This document shows, one piece after another, positions 36,449-49,673 of a DNA stretch of 64,000 bases. Source of the stretch: Trichosphaerium sp. ATCC 40318 (lineage: Eukaryota; Protista; Tubulinea); the NCBI GenBank assembly GCA_038496445.1, contig JALMLS010000541.1, forward strand, positions 62,001 through 126,000, given 5' to 3'. The notes below the pieces were generated by a model. That model made no database searches, was not told the origin of the DNA, and saw only the letters and a list, made by a program, of their open reading frames with translations. Made by a program: the position numbers and the translations under genes. The number at the start of each line of letters is the position of its first letter. The stretch's first letter is position 1.

Positions 36449-36786
36449 GGTTGTATTCAAGTGAGATAAAAATGTTTCGATTCCTGTTGCTTAACCTCAG
36501 TTCCTCGTTTACTTAACCTCTTTGAGCTTAGTATCAAATTCAAAAACAACAAATATTATCGCTTATAGAGCAACCAACGTATGTGCCAGAGAAAAGATTG
36601 TGTATTCATTGAAACAAGGTCTTAAAACGTAAAAAGCCACAACAACAAAACGTCTAATAGTATGGGATTTGCTGTTGAAAAAACTGAACGACAGCTGTAG
36701 GGTGATTTGCGTAATATTTACCAAGGTGTAGTTTTATTTAATTGGCTATTTTTTTTGTGTACATGTATTTGGCACAAAATTGCAGG

Positions 36787-37620
36787 TTAAAAATCAGGCC
36801 ACAAGCAATTCATTCTCCTTGTTTTGCATACTAAGCCATCAACCATTTTCTGTGTTATATTTGAATCACGAAAGCCAATGTAATCAAGGCCAGTTAAATT
36901 ACCAACTCCATCATCTGTTATTTGCTTGCAGCCTTCTAGATCAAGTTTCCTAACACCATTAAGACTCTTTACTCCTTTGTCAGTTATAAGCTCACAATGG
37001 CAATGACTTATGTATTTAACACCAACCAAGTAGGCTAAACCTTCGTCTGTCACTGATGTCTCACTGAGAAAAATGGTATGTACTCCAGCGAGTGCCTGTA
37101 AAGTACTGTCAACGCAATCAAGACGAGATATCAATGACTTTTACACCTGCCAATTGTTTTATCCCATCATTTGTAACAGATGTACAACTTACACCAACTA
37201 AACATGATAGAGTATCGTCTTTTAGTTGAGTACAATTATAGAGCTCAACACAAGGTATACCTGCCAAAAGTTTTAACACATCATTTGATATTTGGATGCA
37301 GTCGTCAAGTATTATTTTGGTAATCTTCTTTGTTGTTTGATTTTGTGTCAATAAATACTTAACTCCTTCATCAGTAATTTGCTTGCAGTCACTAAAAGAT
37401 ACAATACTTGCATTTGTTAGTGCTTTTACAGCTGAATCTTGTGTACATTACCTTAAATAGCAATCACACCTTTGTCACTGATGTTTTTACAGAGGTCTAG
37501 ATCAATTTTATGGACTCCAGATAGTGCTGCGAGCCCTTTATCTGTTATGCCTGAGTATGAAATCTTAATGGTGTGAATACCACTAAGTTCTTGAAGCCAC
37601 TCATCTTTAAAAAAACAACA
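36787..37620 (-). pseudogene. Frameshifted LRR gene of the same family as 8115-9050
   Basis: GVHTIFLSETSVTDEGL and ITDKGVKSLNGV repeats broken across frames and by stops. Confidence 0.75.
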
Positions 37621-37967
37621 TGACGAGAATAGTGTGTGGCGGATGATGTATTAAGCATTGTCACAATGAACCTTAGGGTGTGCCGCCTGTAGCTCTGGTA
37701 GTTGTTTGCTTTTAAGTTGCGTACCTTAGCGGCTACACGCTCCAAACATCAAACTTTGAAAGCACGACAGTGTTCATTTTGTTAGGTATTCACTTGCAAT
37801 AACACATTAAATTTTTTCTTCTTTTTTTTATTCATTTTTTTTAGAGTTGTTATCTTACACCAGTTTGTTTTACAATTAAATAATTTACAATTGAGCAGTA
37901 TCGTCTTTTTGTTTTTTTTCGTTCGTTTTTTTTTCTTTTTATTGGTAAAATCAGGGTAGAAGCGTCA

Positions 37968-40900
37968 CTAAGTATTTGCGAAATCTGGTCCAGTAGTTAA
38001 CCCTACCAAAATCTCGCCTTCACTATAAAAAAAAATCACGTGAATATCGCGTGACATGGCAAAAAAATAACACGTGTAAAAACTGGTTGTTATTGTAAAA
38101 ATCACTTTGTTAACAATTGCACACAATGACGTACCCTCCAGAGCCATTATCTCTAACACCACTCGAAAGTGGATACCAACTTGTTGTTTCAACATACTCA
38201 TATAAACCATTTAAATCTGCAGTTGTCTTACCGACAATTATATCAGCATTAGCATCCTTGACAGTTATGATGAGGGTTTCACGGAATGGGTCGTCCACAT
38301 CCATTATAAACACCTCACCCCATTCTAAAGTTCACATAAGATTATGAAAAAAAAAAGGTAGATGGCCAGAATTTTACATTGTCATAGCCTCCGCACGTAC
38401 CTGGATCAAAGCGACACTTAATAACTGATGAACTCTTTATCAAGCTTGTACTTCGTGTACCATTTTGGAGAGCAAATTCAACGTACAAGTTCGAGAGAGC
38501 TTAACATAATAAGAAGATAATAGTGACGGGAAAAAATAACAAAGAGCGGACGTACAGTAAATACAAGGTACTAGGCGCTTGCCAGCGATTAAACGAATCT
38601 TTAATTTAGTTTTTCGCTTTTGTTCACCAACGACTTGCTCTTCAGTCCTACAATCCACATATTAATACAATTACAAAGAAACTACAAGGTCAAAAAAATT
38701 CTGGGTTTTTTTTGTTCGTACGGTTGGATAGTTTCTTCTAAATCATCAAGACAAATAATAATATCACGACACCAGTCATTCTTGGTTGCAAGATCAGGAG
38801 CAATGAAGGTATGTACAAGGTTCTTTTTATTTTCCATAATGCGAAAAGTCGGTCTTTCTAAAATACGAGGTTTAATATTTATAACTAAAAATCACAAACA
38901 ATACTGTTGTAGGTAACCCAACACGTACCCTTTGTGCCAACACTGTCATTAAGCTTACTACCTCTTAGCTCTATATGAGTTTCCATAGTAAGACATTTTT
39001 TTCCTCGACTGAAGAAACATAAGAACAGTACACCAAAAACGAAAAAAAAAGAAAAGAAACATGGTACGTACAAATTCTTCGTTTTTTTACAAACAAGCAG
39101 ACAGTCGTTAAATAAAAACACTAGCTTCTTTCTATTTTCCATCTCAAAGGTTGCTTCACGGACATAGTATCTCCATCGCTGCATTAACTCCTACAAACAG
39201 TAAGTATCCAAAAAAAAAAAAAACAAAACGACGCGAAACTAAAGACGAAAAAATCACGCACAAAGCCTGGTGGAAATCCTGATGTAATCTTTTCTCTTAT
39301 CTCTACTAATTTTCTACGCTTTTTGGCAGCATCATACTGGCTATCGAAACGATCTTGTAATCGCTATGCGAAAGAAACAATTACTTCCAACAAAAAAAAA
39401 ATAATGATCGTACTCTAATGTTGTCCACAGCTTCAACTAACGTTTGATAGTCTGGAGCGTTGTGATCAAGTACCTCTAGAAGGTTTTCTAATTGCTCACA
39501 ATACGTTGGTAATCGTTTCAAAGGTAGCATAAGCAGTTGTTCTAAATCTAACATTGTTCCCGACCTCTCTCTGCACCCCTTAACGAAATCACTTTAGCAA
39601 CTTAGCAAAGAAAAGAAAAAAAATCTGATTATTTTCGGTCCGGTTCGTTAACTTTCGCAGCTGACCAAAAAAACTTGTAATAAATTTGGCTGAACCAAGT
39701 ACTGCTCTTATTTTAACCACAAAAAGAAAGAAAAAATGGCAATAAAACCAGTACCTGGAGGAAACTGAGTACAGATCGCTTTTGCCAACTCCTAAGCGCT
39801 TGGTCGCTTTCATCTCGCCTTGAGAAATAAGACGCATAAAGCGTTATTTCCTTTTTGAGCTTTTTGAAAAAAATTAATAATTCTAAAACCGCGTTATTCT
39901 AACAACTTACCAAACCGAGGAAAATAAGCCCAATATTATAATTCTGGCATCCTAAAGCAGCCTCTAATTGTGTTTTAATTCTCTCCGCTAATGGTAGAAC
40001 AACCTAAATCATTATTAATCTTCAAGACCTTAAATTATTTCTTGAAGAATGTCAAAAAATTTAATCAAACTAAGTACCTCAAAAGAATCGAATACTTTAC
40101 TTATATCATCTTTACTAAGTCCTATCTTCTTTGCATTCTCTTTTAGAGGGTTTATGTAATGCTAAGGACAATATTTAACAAGAGAACAAAAAGATAACGC
40201 CAACAACAACAAAAAATTCTTCAAAAAAAAAGAAAAGAACTCGCTGTCACAACGTACTGTAAGAACGATTTCTAGATTACGTGTGTATTCACGCTCGGTA
40301 AGTAAAATGTCCATTAAAGTACGCATCCTAGCATCGCTACCAACAGGTTGGGTGGCCTAAAAAAACAAATTAAAACATGGCCTACTCACAATTAAACGTT
40401 TGTGATTCTATCGGGTCAGAAAAAAATATCTCGCAAGGCGACAACGCCAAAGAGAGCACAAAAAAAGAAGTTAAATCCGCTGTCTGATTTTTCTTTTGTC
40501 TGTGTTCGAAGGCGAGAGGGGCAAAAAAACGCCAACGAATTGAAATGTGGGTTGAATCTAACTTGATTAAACCAATAAAGCATACCTGCTGAGCACGTTG
40601 AGGTAAAGGGTGGTAAAAGCCCGCTTGATCAGTTCCGGTATGATCATTCTGTGCCCCCATAGCGTCTAGTTCGTGTAGCTGTTGTGTGTCAGTTAAAACA
40701 ATTAATACTAAAATAAAATTTCCCTTCTATGCGTGTAGTTTCGCGTGAGAGCGTCGTACGGCATAAAAACAAACATGCAGGTCGATCTGAGTGTGATCGT
40801 TTAAAAGCGCACCTTCTCAACCAACAGAGTGACGTATTGCCGTATTTCTTGTACTTGATGGTGTAGGTAGTCAATAATCTTTTGGTGGGGCTGGTTCATG

Positions 40901-41181
40901 GCGTGTACTACCTTTTGAAGGTAGTTGTAGAACTCTTCTACCCATCGAATTAACGTCTCCGCTTCCTCTTTGAATTGATGGTCACTGTTAATTGTTTGCT
41001 TTATTACATCAAGGCCAGCAGAAACCACCTTGTACGCTTCCAGAAATCCATTCAAAGTAACTTGATCGCTGTTAATTAGACTATCGTATTCATCACAAAT
41101 AATCCCAACGAGTTTTGCGAGGCTAACGCATATTTGCTGGCAAGCTTTGTCAATTAGATGCCAAGTGTTGTTTTCAGCCAT
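37968..41181 (-). CDS. RhoGEF with DH-PH-C2 architecture, many exons
   Basis: DH: LMDILLTEREYTRNLEIV and LLMLPLKRLPTYCEQL. PH: VFLFNDCLLVCK and TKNDWCRDI. C2: KIRLIAGKRL, WGEVF...LIITVKD...VGKTTADL...WYPL. Attachment of the first exon (40801-41181) is inferred. Confidence 0.8.
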
Positions 41182-41309
41182 TGGTAACGCGAGGAACGGC
41201 GTCTCTCGGTTCCTTGCTTACCACCGTTGAGTTTAATGTTAAATGTTGACCAAAATACTAAATTTGTTTGAAGCCCTTTTTTTCTGCCCGTTATATTTTT
41301 CGTATCGCA

Positions 41310-43923
41310 ATGAAAGTGGTAATACGTAACTCGGGTGGTGTAAAGACAATCGTAGGGTAAGTTTGCTTATAGTTTTGTGTTGCAGACCTCATTTTTAAAT
41401 CTAGACAAGGTGCTACAGTTCTAGGGAGGGGTAGCCTGTACCAGCATAAACTAATTCAAACAAAACATATTAAATTTGATGTTGACGGTGATTCCGTCCA
41501 ACTAACAGTGGTACCGCATCAAAAATACTCGTAATACGCTCACCCTCGAACGTAGCTTTGTTCCAAAAACGTTAAAATCAAATTCAGGTCAGTTACATCA
41601 TAAACACCTCTAAGTAGTATTGACATTTGCTAGGAACCCTATGCGTTCAGCTCAGCTTGTGAAACTGACAAAAGGCAAACCAGTTGACATTCACCATGGA
41701 GACACGATTTACTTGGCGAATAATTTATTCCCAATTACTATCTCTATTGTCGATGAAGATGAGTCAGACAGCGATGACGAATCGGGTGAGCCTGTAGCAA
41801 GCGACTCAAATGATTCAAGTGAAGCAAGCGACTCTGGTATGTACTTTATAGCGCCTTTAAAACTTAAAGGTTGCACGTGTTGTATTAAAATTTCTTCTCG
41901 TTTCTGACTGCCTTTAGAAAACACTGAGGAGGTTAAAATTGCTCGCAATAAAGTAAGTAAGAAGCGTAAAGCTTCGAATACTATTGAAAAGCCTGGTGCG
42001 AAGCGTTTGAGAGGAAGTAATGGCACGTGTAAAATTATCCATTGATTTACTTCTAGATTGCTTACTCTCCATTCTAGGACGTGTTAGACAAACAAGGAGT
42101 CAGACACAGGCAGATGGATATAACTGGAAGTTTTACTCAGGTATTTCTTGATGGCAGTTCTCAAAAGGGCTGGAGTTTTTGTTTTTTTTACCAATGTTGG
42201 TTTAAGGCAAATTCGAGTCGATACCCAAAGGTGAGTTTATAGACGAGATTCATAAAAATTGGTGGTGGGATATGGATAAACTTGAAGTACATCATGGATA
42301 TATACAAGTGCGATTATAGATTACGAGAACTGCACAGTTTTGCTTACATCCAAAACGTACTAGTGGTTATTTCCAGTATTTGAAAATCATGGTCTTAATG
42401 GTGCTGCTAGTAAGCTAGGAAAGGTAAACACTTAGTTCTAGACCTCGTTTATAAATGTGTCTTATAGGGTGAAGCGAAGCTCATACGCGAAAACTTTAGT
42501 GCAGCATGCCGTGTTGTTCGTTCTTACAGGTTAGGAAAAAAGATGTTATTTTTTGTTTTTTTGTTCATCTTAATTAGGATGATGCTTAATTTCTGGGGTA
42601 TTAATCTCGTAGATGAAAAAACAGGAGAGCTTGAGAGAAGTGATTTATACCAACCACGTTATTTACATTTGGATTTTAGTACACATAATTACTTGAGAAT
42701 AAGTACGTTATTATGCCATTCCTTTTTTTTTATTGGCTTTTTTTTCTTTCTGTTAAGTTTTGCGGCTTGATCGGTATTGATGTTGATTTGTTTATTATTA
42801 ATAGATCGTGTACTAACGTCTCTTGGTCATATGGGATTTACCAGATACAAAGAACCCATGGTGAAGTTCTTTGCGAATGAAATTAAGAACAACAAAGAAC
42901 TTTTAAATTGTGGATTTTCTTTGTCTCGTTATTGGAAGCAGACTCTGAACTATGAATCTAAAAAGTAATTATATTATTTTATTCACTATTGTTATTATTA
43001 GTACTAATTTCTTTGATAAAGATACACAAGAAAAACTCAAGAGACAGAGGAAGACAGAGAAGATTCAATTTTTTTTTATCATGCAGATCTTGATGATGAG
43101 GACTTCAAGAGCTATAAAAAAGAGAATAAAGATCTATATGACTATCACGAAGAATCCAAGGAGGCTTGTGTAGAAAAGGAAATGGCTGTATGGGCTAGAT
43201 ACGTAGCTACCGGGAGGTAAACGACAGCAAACGGTTTTACTGTTTTTTTCTTTCAAAGTCTTTTTTTTGTGATTTTAACACGTGATAGTGGTAAGGGAAG
43301 AGCCTCACGTTCTAAAGGTAGAAACCCAATGTTTATGCGTGATCAAAGGTATTGTCTCATCTACTATAAAGCTAAGTACTGTAGACGTAAAAAAGGCAAG
43401 AAAAGTCAACGAAAACTTGCGGATTACGGCGAAGGATGGACTGTTAAAAAAGGAAATGAAGAAGAGGAAGATAAAGAAGATGAGGAAAGTGACAGTAATG
43501 AAGATAAAGAAGAGAGTAAAGACAAAGATGGTGACGTTGATATGAGTGATGCTGAACAAAGTGAAGACGAAGAGGAGAGTAATGAAGAAGAAGAGGGAGA
43601 CGACGAAGATGAAGGCGAAGATGGTGATGAAAGCAGTGAAGACAAAGAAAGTAGTAGTGATGAACAAGAAGAAAGCGAGTCTTCTGAAGAAGATGAACCT
43701 CTTAACCCGGCCAAGATGCTGGTAAGCCGAACAAAGCCTCCTCTATTTCTTTTTTTTGTTCATCTGTTAACCGTCTTCTTAGGTTAAAGATTTGAGGGCT
43801 GCATTGAAAAAACGTGGGCTTAAGGTTTCTGGTAGGAAACCTGAACTTGTAAAACGTCTTAAAATGGCTCTGTCAAAGAAGCAGCTTACCCTTACAACCA
43901 CAAAAAAATCAAAAAAGTCTTAG
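41310..43923 (+). CDS. FHA-like, OGFr_N, acidic and SAP domain protein, multi-exon
   Basis: N-terminal TVLGRG...IQTKHI...RNPM...IHHGDTIYL (aprataxin/PNK-type FHA pattern). OGFr_N: KLEVHHGYIQWLFP, SYRMMLNFWGI, HNYLRI. Long D/E tract, then SAP: MLVKDLRAALKKRGLKVSGRKPELVKRL. Confidence 0.82.
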
Positions 43924-46018
43924 AAATAAAAACTGGTTTCAACTTGTTAAGCACTGTGTTCTTATATTTGCTACCGTACCAACCATTTCTTGCTTCGCCA
44001 TACTACAGTTACTTTATCTTAGAGCTGATATTCTCACTTGGCTACCTTGGTTTGCTTTTGGGTAATTCATTGAATAGCAATTTGTGCTCCACATTTATTT
44101 TCTTTGTTGTTTAACCCATCTTGATTATGGGCCTCAAGAAGGCTGTTTTTGATGCCAACTGAGTAGCGTAGTTTTAAGCCCAGGCGTAACTCGGTGTCCT
44201 CGGGGCATTGCTTGCAAACAAAGTTCGCTAAATAAGTGCAATGGTTGCGACTCGCTGTCGGGCTGATTGAGGTTTTTAACTACCAGTGTCGCATATTTCG
44301 AGCACCAGATAGCCTTTTGAAACGATCGATGGTTGATTTGTCCACAACAATATTAGCCATTAATCACGCCAAGTAAAAAGTTGTGGTATTAAATAGATAA
44401 AACAAATAATAAAAAATGGTTAGTTTTCACAAATGCCGAAAAAACAACGAATGTGAACGCTTTCAAATTGAACGGTTGATATTTACCATAGTGACACCGT
44501 TCTAATTTGTTCAGTCATAGTGTGGACACGATAAAGGTACACAACCTTTTGAATAACAAAACCGACTTTAAATAGCGTACACCATGTGGTGTAAGTACAA
44601 CACAAGAATAGTCTGTATTTGTGCCCTTTTACTATTGTGATTGTTACTTTTAATATGATATTGCCGTGTATTATACAACACGCAAAAGATATGCGACAGA
44701 AAAAGCACAACTCACTTTAATTGTTCCCAACAAAAAATAAGACTAGTACAGTACATGAAAACAGTTTCACCAATTTGACCTGCTCAGGAAGAGAATTAGG
44801 TTAGGACTGTATTGCAAACAACATCAAAAAAAGATCCATAGAGCCGAAACTCCAAATTCTTCAAATGATATTGTAAATTACTAATGGATCTGGTAGAAAT
44901 AGCTGTCATACAGTTTTTATTTACGAGCAAACCAAAAAAAAAAAAAAAGTGGTTTCTATTTTTTGTACCTGTTACTCTTCACAACCGTCTAATACATATT
45001 GCATGCATAAGCACCAAACATTCTGGCTTCTAAGATACAGCAACTGCACTGATTTTTCCAAGACCATTCATTAAACGAGAAATCTCACATTTTTTCAACT
45101 CCAGTTACAAGAAGTCACAGGTCTTTTCAAAAATGTTGCAAGCTACTTAATATTATTAAACATGGAACTTTGAATCAAATAGTTCTAACAAGACAATCAT
45201 AAAGGAACTATATTTTCTTGTGTCATAGTTTACGTTGTTTAATTGCATCAGCTGCAATGACTAAAACCATTCAATGTAAGTACGTTATAATGTAATTGCC
45301 ATAAGACATGTAATCAAGGTAACCTTTAATCTGTGTTACTCGACTTACAGCACCTCTTACGTCAACAATAAAGATTACTAATTTCGCCTCAAGTATGATT
45401 CACTTGCTTATTACCAGTTTCGCTTGAGTCTTCCCAAAGGGGCCGAGTGTAAAGTTCCTCGCACTGATTCTACACTTTACGTCTTCTTTGTGTTGAGTCA
45501 ACGAAGAATGATCTAACATCTTTAATAACAGGTAACACTACTTAAAATCTCAGTCTATACCTGCAGGTTATATTGAATTCGGATGTGATGTAGTAAGATT
45601 CAACAGCTTTCGAAAAAAGATGCACTGAAGGTCGATAAAACAACGAAGATGTTGTGAGGTTATGTTGCTTTCAGTGCATCTCTTTCCATAAGATGTGCGT
45701 CATTTCCGACTATAACGAATGTAATACAACACTAACAGTTGTTAGCGAAATAACCGAAAAATAAGAGTTATTAAAAAGGTAATTCTTAAAACGTTTAATA
45801 ACACGTGCAAGTTACACTTGAGATGGTTTATAGGCGTAATTGCCTCAAAAAGCGTATTTACAACTGAAACAAAGTTATATCTTATCACCCGAACACTTGG
45901 TGTTGTTAAACGCGTAGGTGCCGGGTGTAAAGATACTGGTGGTCTTTTCTTTTGAGTAAAAAAACGCCACACAATAGCATGTGAGAATTACTGTATAAAT
46001 CGTAAACGCTCAACTGAG

Positions 46019-46609
46019 ATGGATACAGGAGATACAATAACAGTGGGAGGACAAGCTGATGATAGTTTTAAAGTGAGGCAACAAACAGAAGCTGATTATG
46101 ATGCAGTATGCGCTCTAGTGGAAAAGGGCTTCAAAAACGCCGAGTACAGCGATGGTACAGAACATCTATTGGTTAAAAATCTTCGTGAAGACCCTACAGC
46201 GTTTATTCCTGAACTGGCTCTTGTTGTGGAGAAAAATAGCTTGGTTGTTGGCTTTATAATGCTTACAAAGATCAAAATCAAGAACGAGGAGAAAAATCAA
46301 TGTTTTGATTCTCTTGCTCTTGCTCCTGTTGTAGTTGACCCATCACTTCATAAACAGGGTATCGGTAAGAAGTTAGTTAATGTCTCGCTTTCACTTGCTA
46401 GAAGCAAAGGTTTCAAGTCGGTTATTGTGCTTGGAAGTAGCAGTTATTATCCCAAATTTGGATTTAAAAAGGCAAGCAGTTACGGCATTTCCCTGCCCTT
46501 TAGTGTTCCCGACGAGTTTTGTATGGCTATTGAGCTTGTTTCAGGTGCTTTTGATAACGTCTCTGGCATGGTTGAGTACAGTAAATCGTTTGGTGTTACT
46601 AAGAACTAA
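46019..46609 (+). CDS. GNAT acetyltransferase, YhbS-like, intronless
   Basis: EHLLVKNLR...FIPELALV, LALAPVVVDPSLHKQGIGKKLV and VIVLG-x-x-x-YYPKFGF match the bacterial YhbS-type GNAT pattern. Confidence 0.9.
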   Translation: MDTGDTITVGGQADDSFKVRQQTEADYDAVCALVEKGFKNAEYSDGTEHLLVKNLREDPTAFIPELALVVEKNSLVVGFIMLTKIKIKNEEKNQCFDSLALAPVVVDPSLHKQGIGKKLVNVSLSLARSKGFKSVIVLGSSSYYPKFGFKKASSYGISLPFSVPDEFCMAIELVSGAFDNVSGMVEYSKSFGVTKN

Positions 46610-46961
46610 AAATAAAACCTTAAAACTTTGCCAAAGTGTGCTGATGACACGTATCAAACAGCATTGTTCTCTTCATGTCTGGGACCTCAACTGTTATTAT
46701 TAACAAACGAAGTTGTTTGCTAGCGTCTTGGAATCAAACTTGTGCTTTTTTACTGCTTTTTTAGAAGGGAGTTTTGTTGCATGTCGTCTAAATCAATCAT
46801 GGCTACAGCTGTCCTTGTTAGAGACAACATACGCTCAAGTGATGAAGGCAACTAACATTTATTATAGCACAGACACAGCAAGCAGAGTCAAGCATACATA
46901 GCGACAAGGTACATCTAATCAACAAATTTGACGATGTCTTTTTTACTGAACAAAACAATCT

Positions 46962-48502
46962 TTATTTGTTTTTATGTTTTTTCTTCTTAGGCTTTTTGTT
47001 TTTTGATTTAGGCGCTTGTTTACTGCACTTCTTTACCCAATATTCTCTTGTCAAGCATATCATAGTCTCTTCAACATTTTCAGTTGTTTTGGATGATGCT
47101 TCAAAAAAGGGAATGCCATATACGTCAGCCAATGCTGTTACAAAAAAGAATTTGGTTAGCAAAAAAAAAAAAGCTTGGCTGTAATCAATCGTTTACATTG
47201 ATTCGATTAGTGCTTTCAAAATAAGTTGCTTCTACAGCTAGTGTCCAAAAAATAGCGAGGAGAAAAACCCAAATGATTTTAAGAACAACAAGAAAATATT
47301 TGCTACGCTGCTTGCAGGTGTTTGACATAAGTATTAAGCTGTTTTTAGATTGTACCTTTTCCTTCATCAAAAGAAACTTGACGTTCTTTCTGATCATCCT
47401 TATATCCTACAAGCACTGCTGGTATCTATGATGGTAAAATATTATCAGCCATAGATACTTTAACAGCTAGTTTGGTGCGCGTACTGAGGTATAATCGTCT
47501 TGATCTTTTACTTTGAGAATAATTGGAAAAAAAGTACTTTTGAGGTCTTCTAAAGAACTTTGTGAAGTGACAGAGTATCCAATAACAAAGCTTTCATTCT
47601 CTTTGATATAGGTATCTCGCATAGCACTATACTAAAACAAAAATCAGTTGTTCACCAATCTAAGAGCTCAGGATTTTTCTTCTGACATAACAAGTTGCTG
47701 TGAAAAGTACTTTTGGTTATCAACAGCCTAAGAATAATTACCTGTCCAGTTCCTCCAGTGTCTGTAAGGTTGTAAGTCACATCAGCACCGTCAACTGTTG
47801 ACTTCACTCTTTTTGGTGTATAAGAGCAGTAAAAAGAGATACATTCTAAACCCCTCACCTGCATATCTAAAACAAATAATGAGCTGATAGCAGACGTCTA
47901 AGGAAACAAAGAAGTGAACGTACATTTTCTTTCGTAGGATCGTATTCCTCGCCCTGAAAAAAAATTAACTAAAGCCTCTATGACACAATATCATCGCAAA
48001 TCAAACCATATTTATCACAGGTAGCATACAGAATGGTTTGTGGTAAATTGTATAATGAACGTTGACTTGTTTTCTGCAGCTACTCATTCCAAAAAAAAAA
48101 GTAAGTAAAAACTAAGATAATTCACGAAAATCAGAAAGACGTTAATTGTGTTTTGGTACCTTGTACTTCGCTTCCTAAAAAATAAACCGACAGAGTTGAT
48201 TTCTTTGGAGAATAAAATATAAGGTTCTACAAAGGCAGTAAGTACTCATATTGCGTGATAAGCCAATTTTGAACGTGCTAAACCGTTTTTATTTCTATTA
48301 TTAATTATATGCTTGTAATACGTACCCTCCGCTCTGCAGTGATGGATACCAAATCTCTAAAGCGTCTGCTGATAAGTAATACTGTACTAAGCTGATTCGG
48401 CTGACATTGACCTAAAATACACGCCAATACCTCGTTGGGCATGTTCAATAATGCGGAGTCTGTTGGAGCCTGTTGTGATGGCTTTGGCTGTTTGTTGCCC
48501 AT
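46962..48502 (-). CDS. F-box fused to a degenerate Ras-like GTPase domain, multi-exon
   Basis: MGNKQ (possible myristoylation) and LLNMPNEVLACIL...ISRRFRDL (F-box), then EEYDPT, LTDTGG, YSAMRDTYIKE...FVIGYSVTS, VLVGYK, IPFFEASSKT and a polybasic tail. Confidence 0.78.
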
Positions 48503-49673
48503 TGCATATCGTTGTGTTAGCTAATACAGTTGATACAAACGTTCATGTGTCAGTGTGGCTTAAGGGCAGCATCCCTGTTGAGGCAGTTTTCCAAAATTGC
48601 TTTGGCTGTCGGTACTTTTCCTCGACACATCAAAAACTAATCGCTAAATGGCCTTACTACATATAAGTATACCAATTGAAGTTTAAGCTGGTTCTGAGGT
48701 GAGTAAAAACGTCTCAAAGATCCTCAAAATCCTAATATCAAAAATCAAAAAAACTTGTAATTTTCGGAACTGTATCAAAAGCGATATAGTGTCTCCTCCC
48801 TGCTGCCCTAAGACTGACATAAAAAGCTGCATGTTAACAAGGATGTTTATTGTAAAAGTGCTGCTTAGTTTTCTATACCAGTTATTGAACTATAATTGCA
48901 AATCTCATTGCAAACATGTCAGTGCCGCTTGGATTAGTGATTCTAACCAAATACATACGGAAGTATTAAAGCTCAGGGTTCATGCTTGGTACTTTAAATT
49001 GTAGACGAAATCTAAAGTTGGCATTTTGTGAATTGATTTCTTTCCTCCTGACCCGCAAGTTGTACCACTGTTTCATTGACTAACCTCACCAAAATGTTGT
49101 AGCACTGAAGTGGAAGTACATTTTATCAACACGGTCCTTTGCTTTTGTGTAGCAACAAAGAGTCTTGTTCCTGATAGGTATAGTTAAACTAGTTTGGCGT
49201 AGTAAGCCTGATTCGCCATTTACAACAAATGTCGGCATGTACATAACCACTTTGCGGGCAAAAAAGCCGAAAACTTAGCTGCATTGTGGTGTAGGTGCCT
49301 TTGCAAAGGGGCTAAGGTTTGAGATATTGGTTTACAGCAATCCTGTCCTACATTTTTTTTTTTTCTTTTGAGTTGTTAAGTAAGATTACACACTCAAATA
49401 AACCATTATTTGTTGTTAAAACGAACTACGTGCTCACAGTGATGAGAATAAAAACGAGGCATCTTGGATTTACGCAATCTTCTTTTATTGATAATCCAGT
49501 CACCTCATGAAAAGTAGACTTATAATAACCATAGTTTTATCTCCTCAAACAACCGTTACAACTACTCTCCTCAACTACCTATTCAAGTCATTAATCTTAG
49601 AGTGCCTCTCTTACAGCTACACCTAACAATTGAGAAGGAGAAGAATTCAGGGTAGATCGAGCGCAACTACCAG

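Noticed and set aside
43305-43714. Ser/Leu- and Phe/Ile-rich minus-strand ORFs
   Set aside because: Antisense shadows of the acidic D/E tract of the OGFr-domain gene.
44030-44360. Short minus-strand reading frame starting MANIVVDK
   Set aside because: Interrupted by an early stop and no recognisable family.
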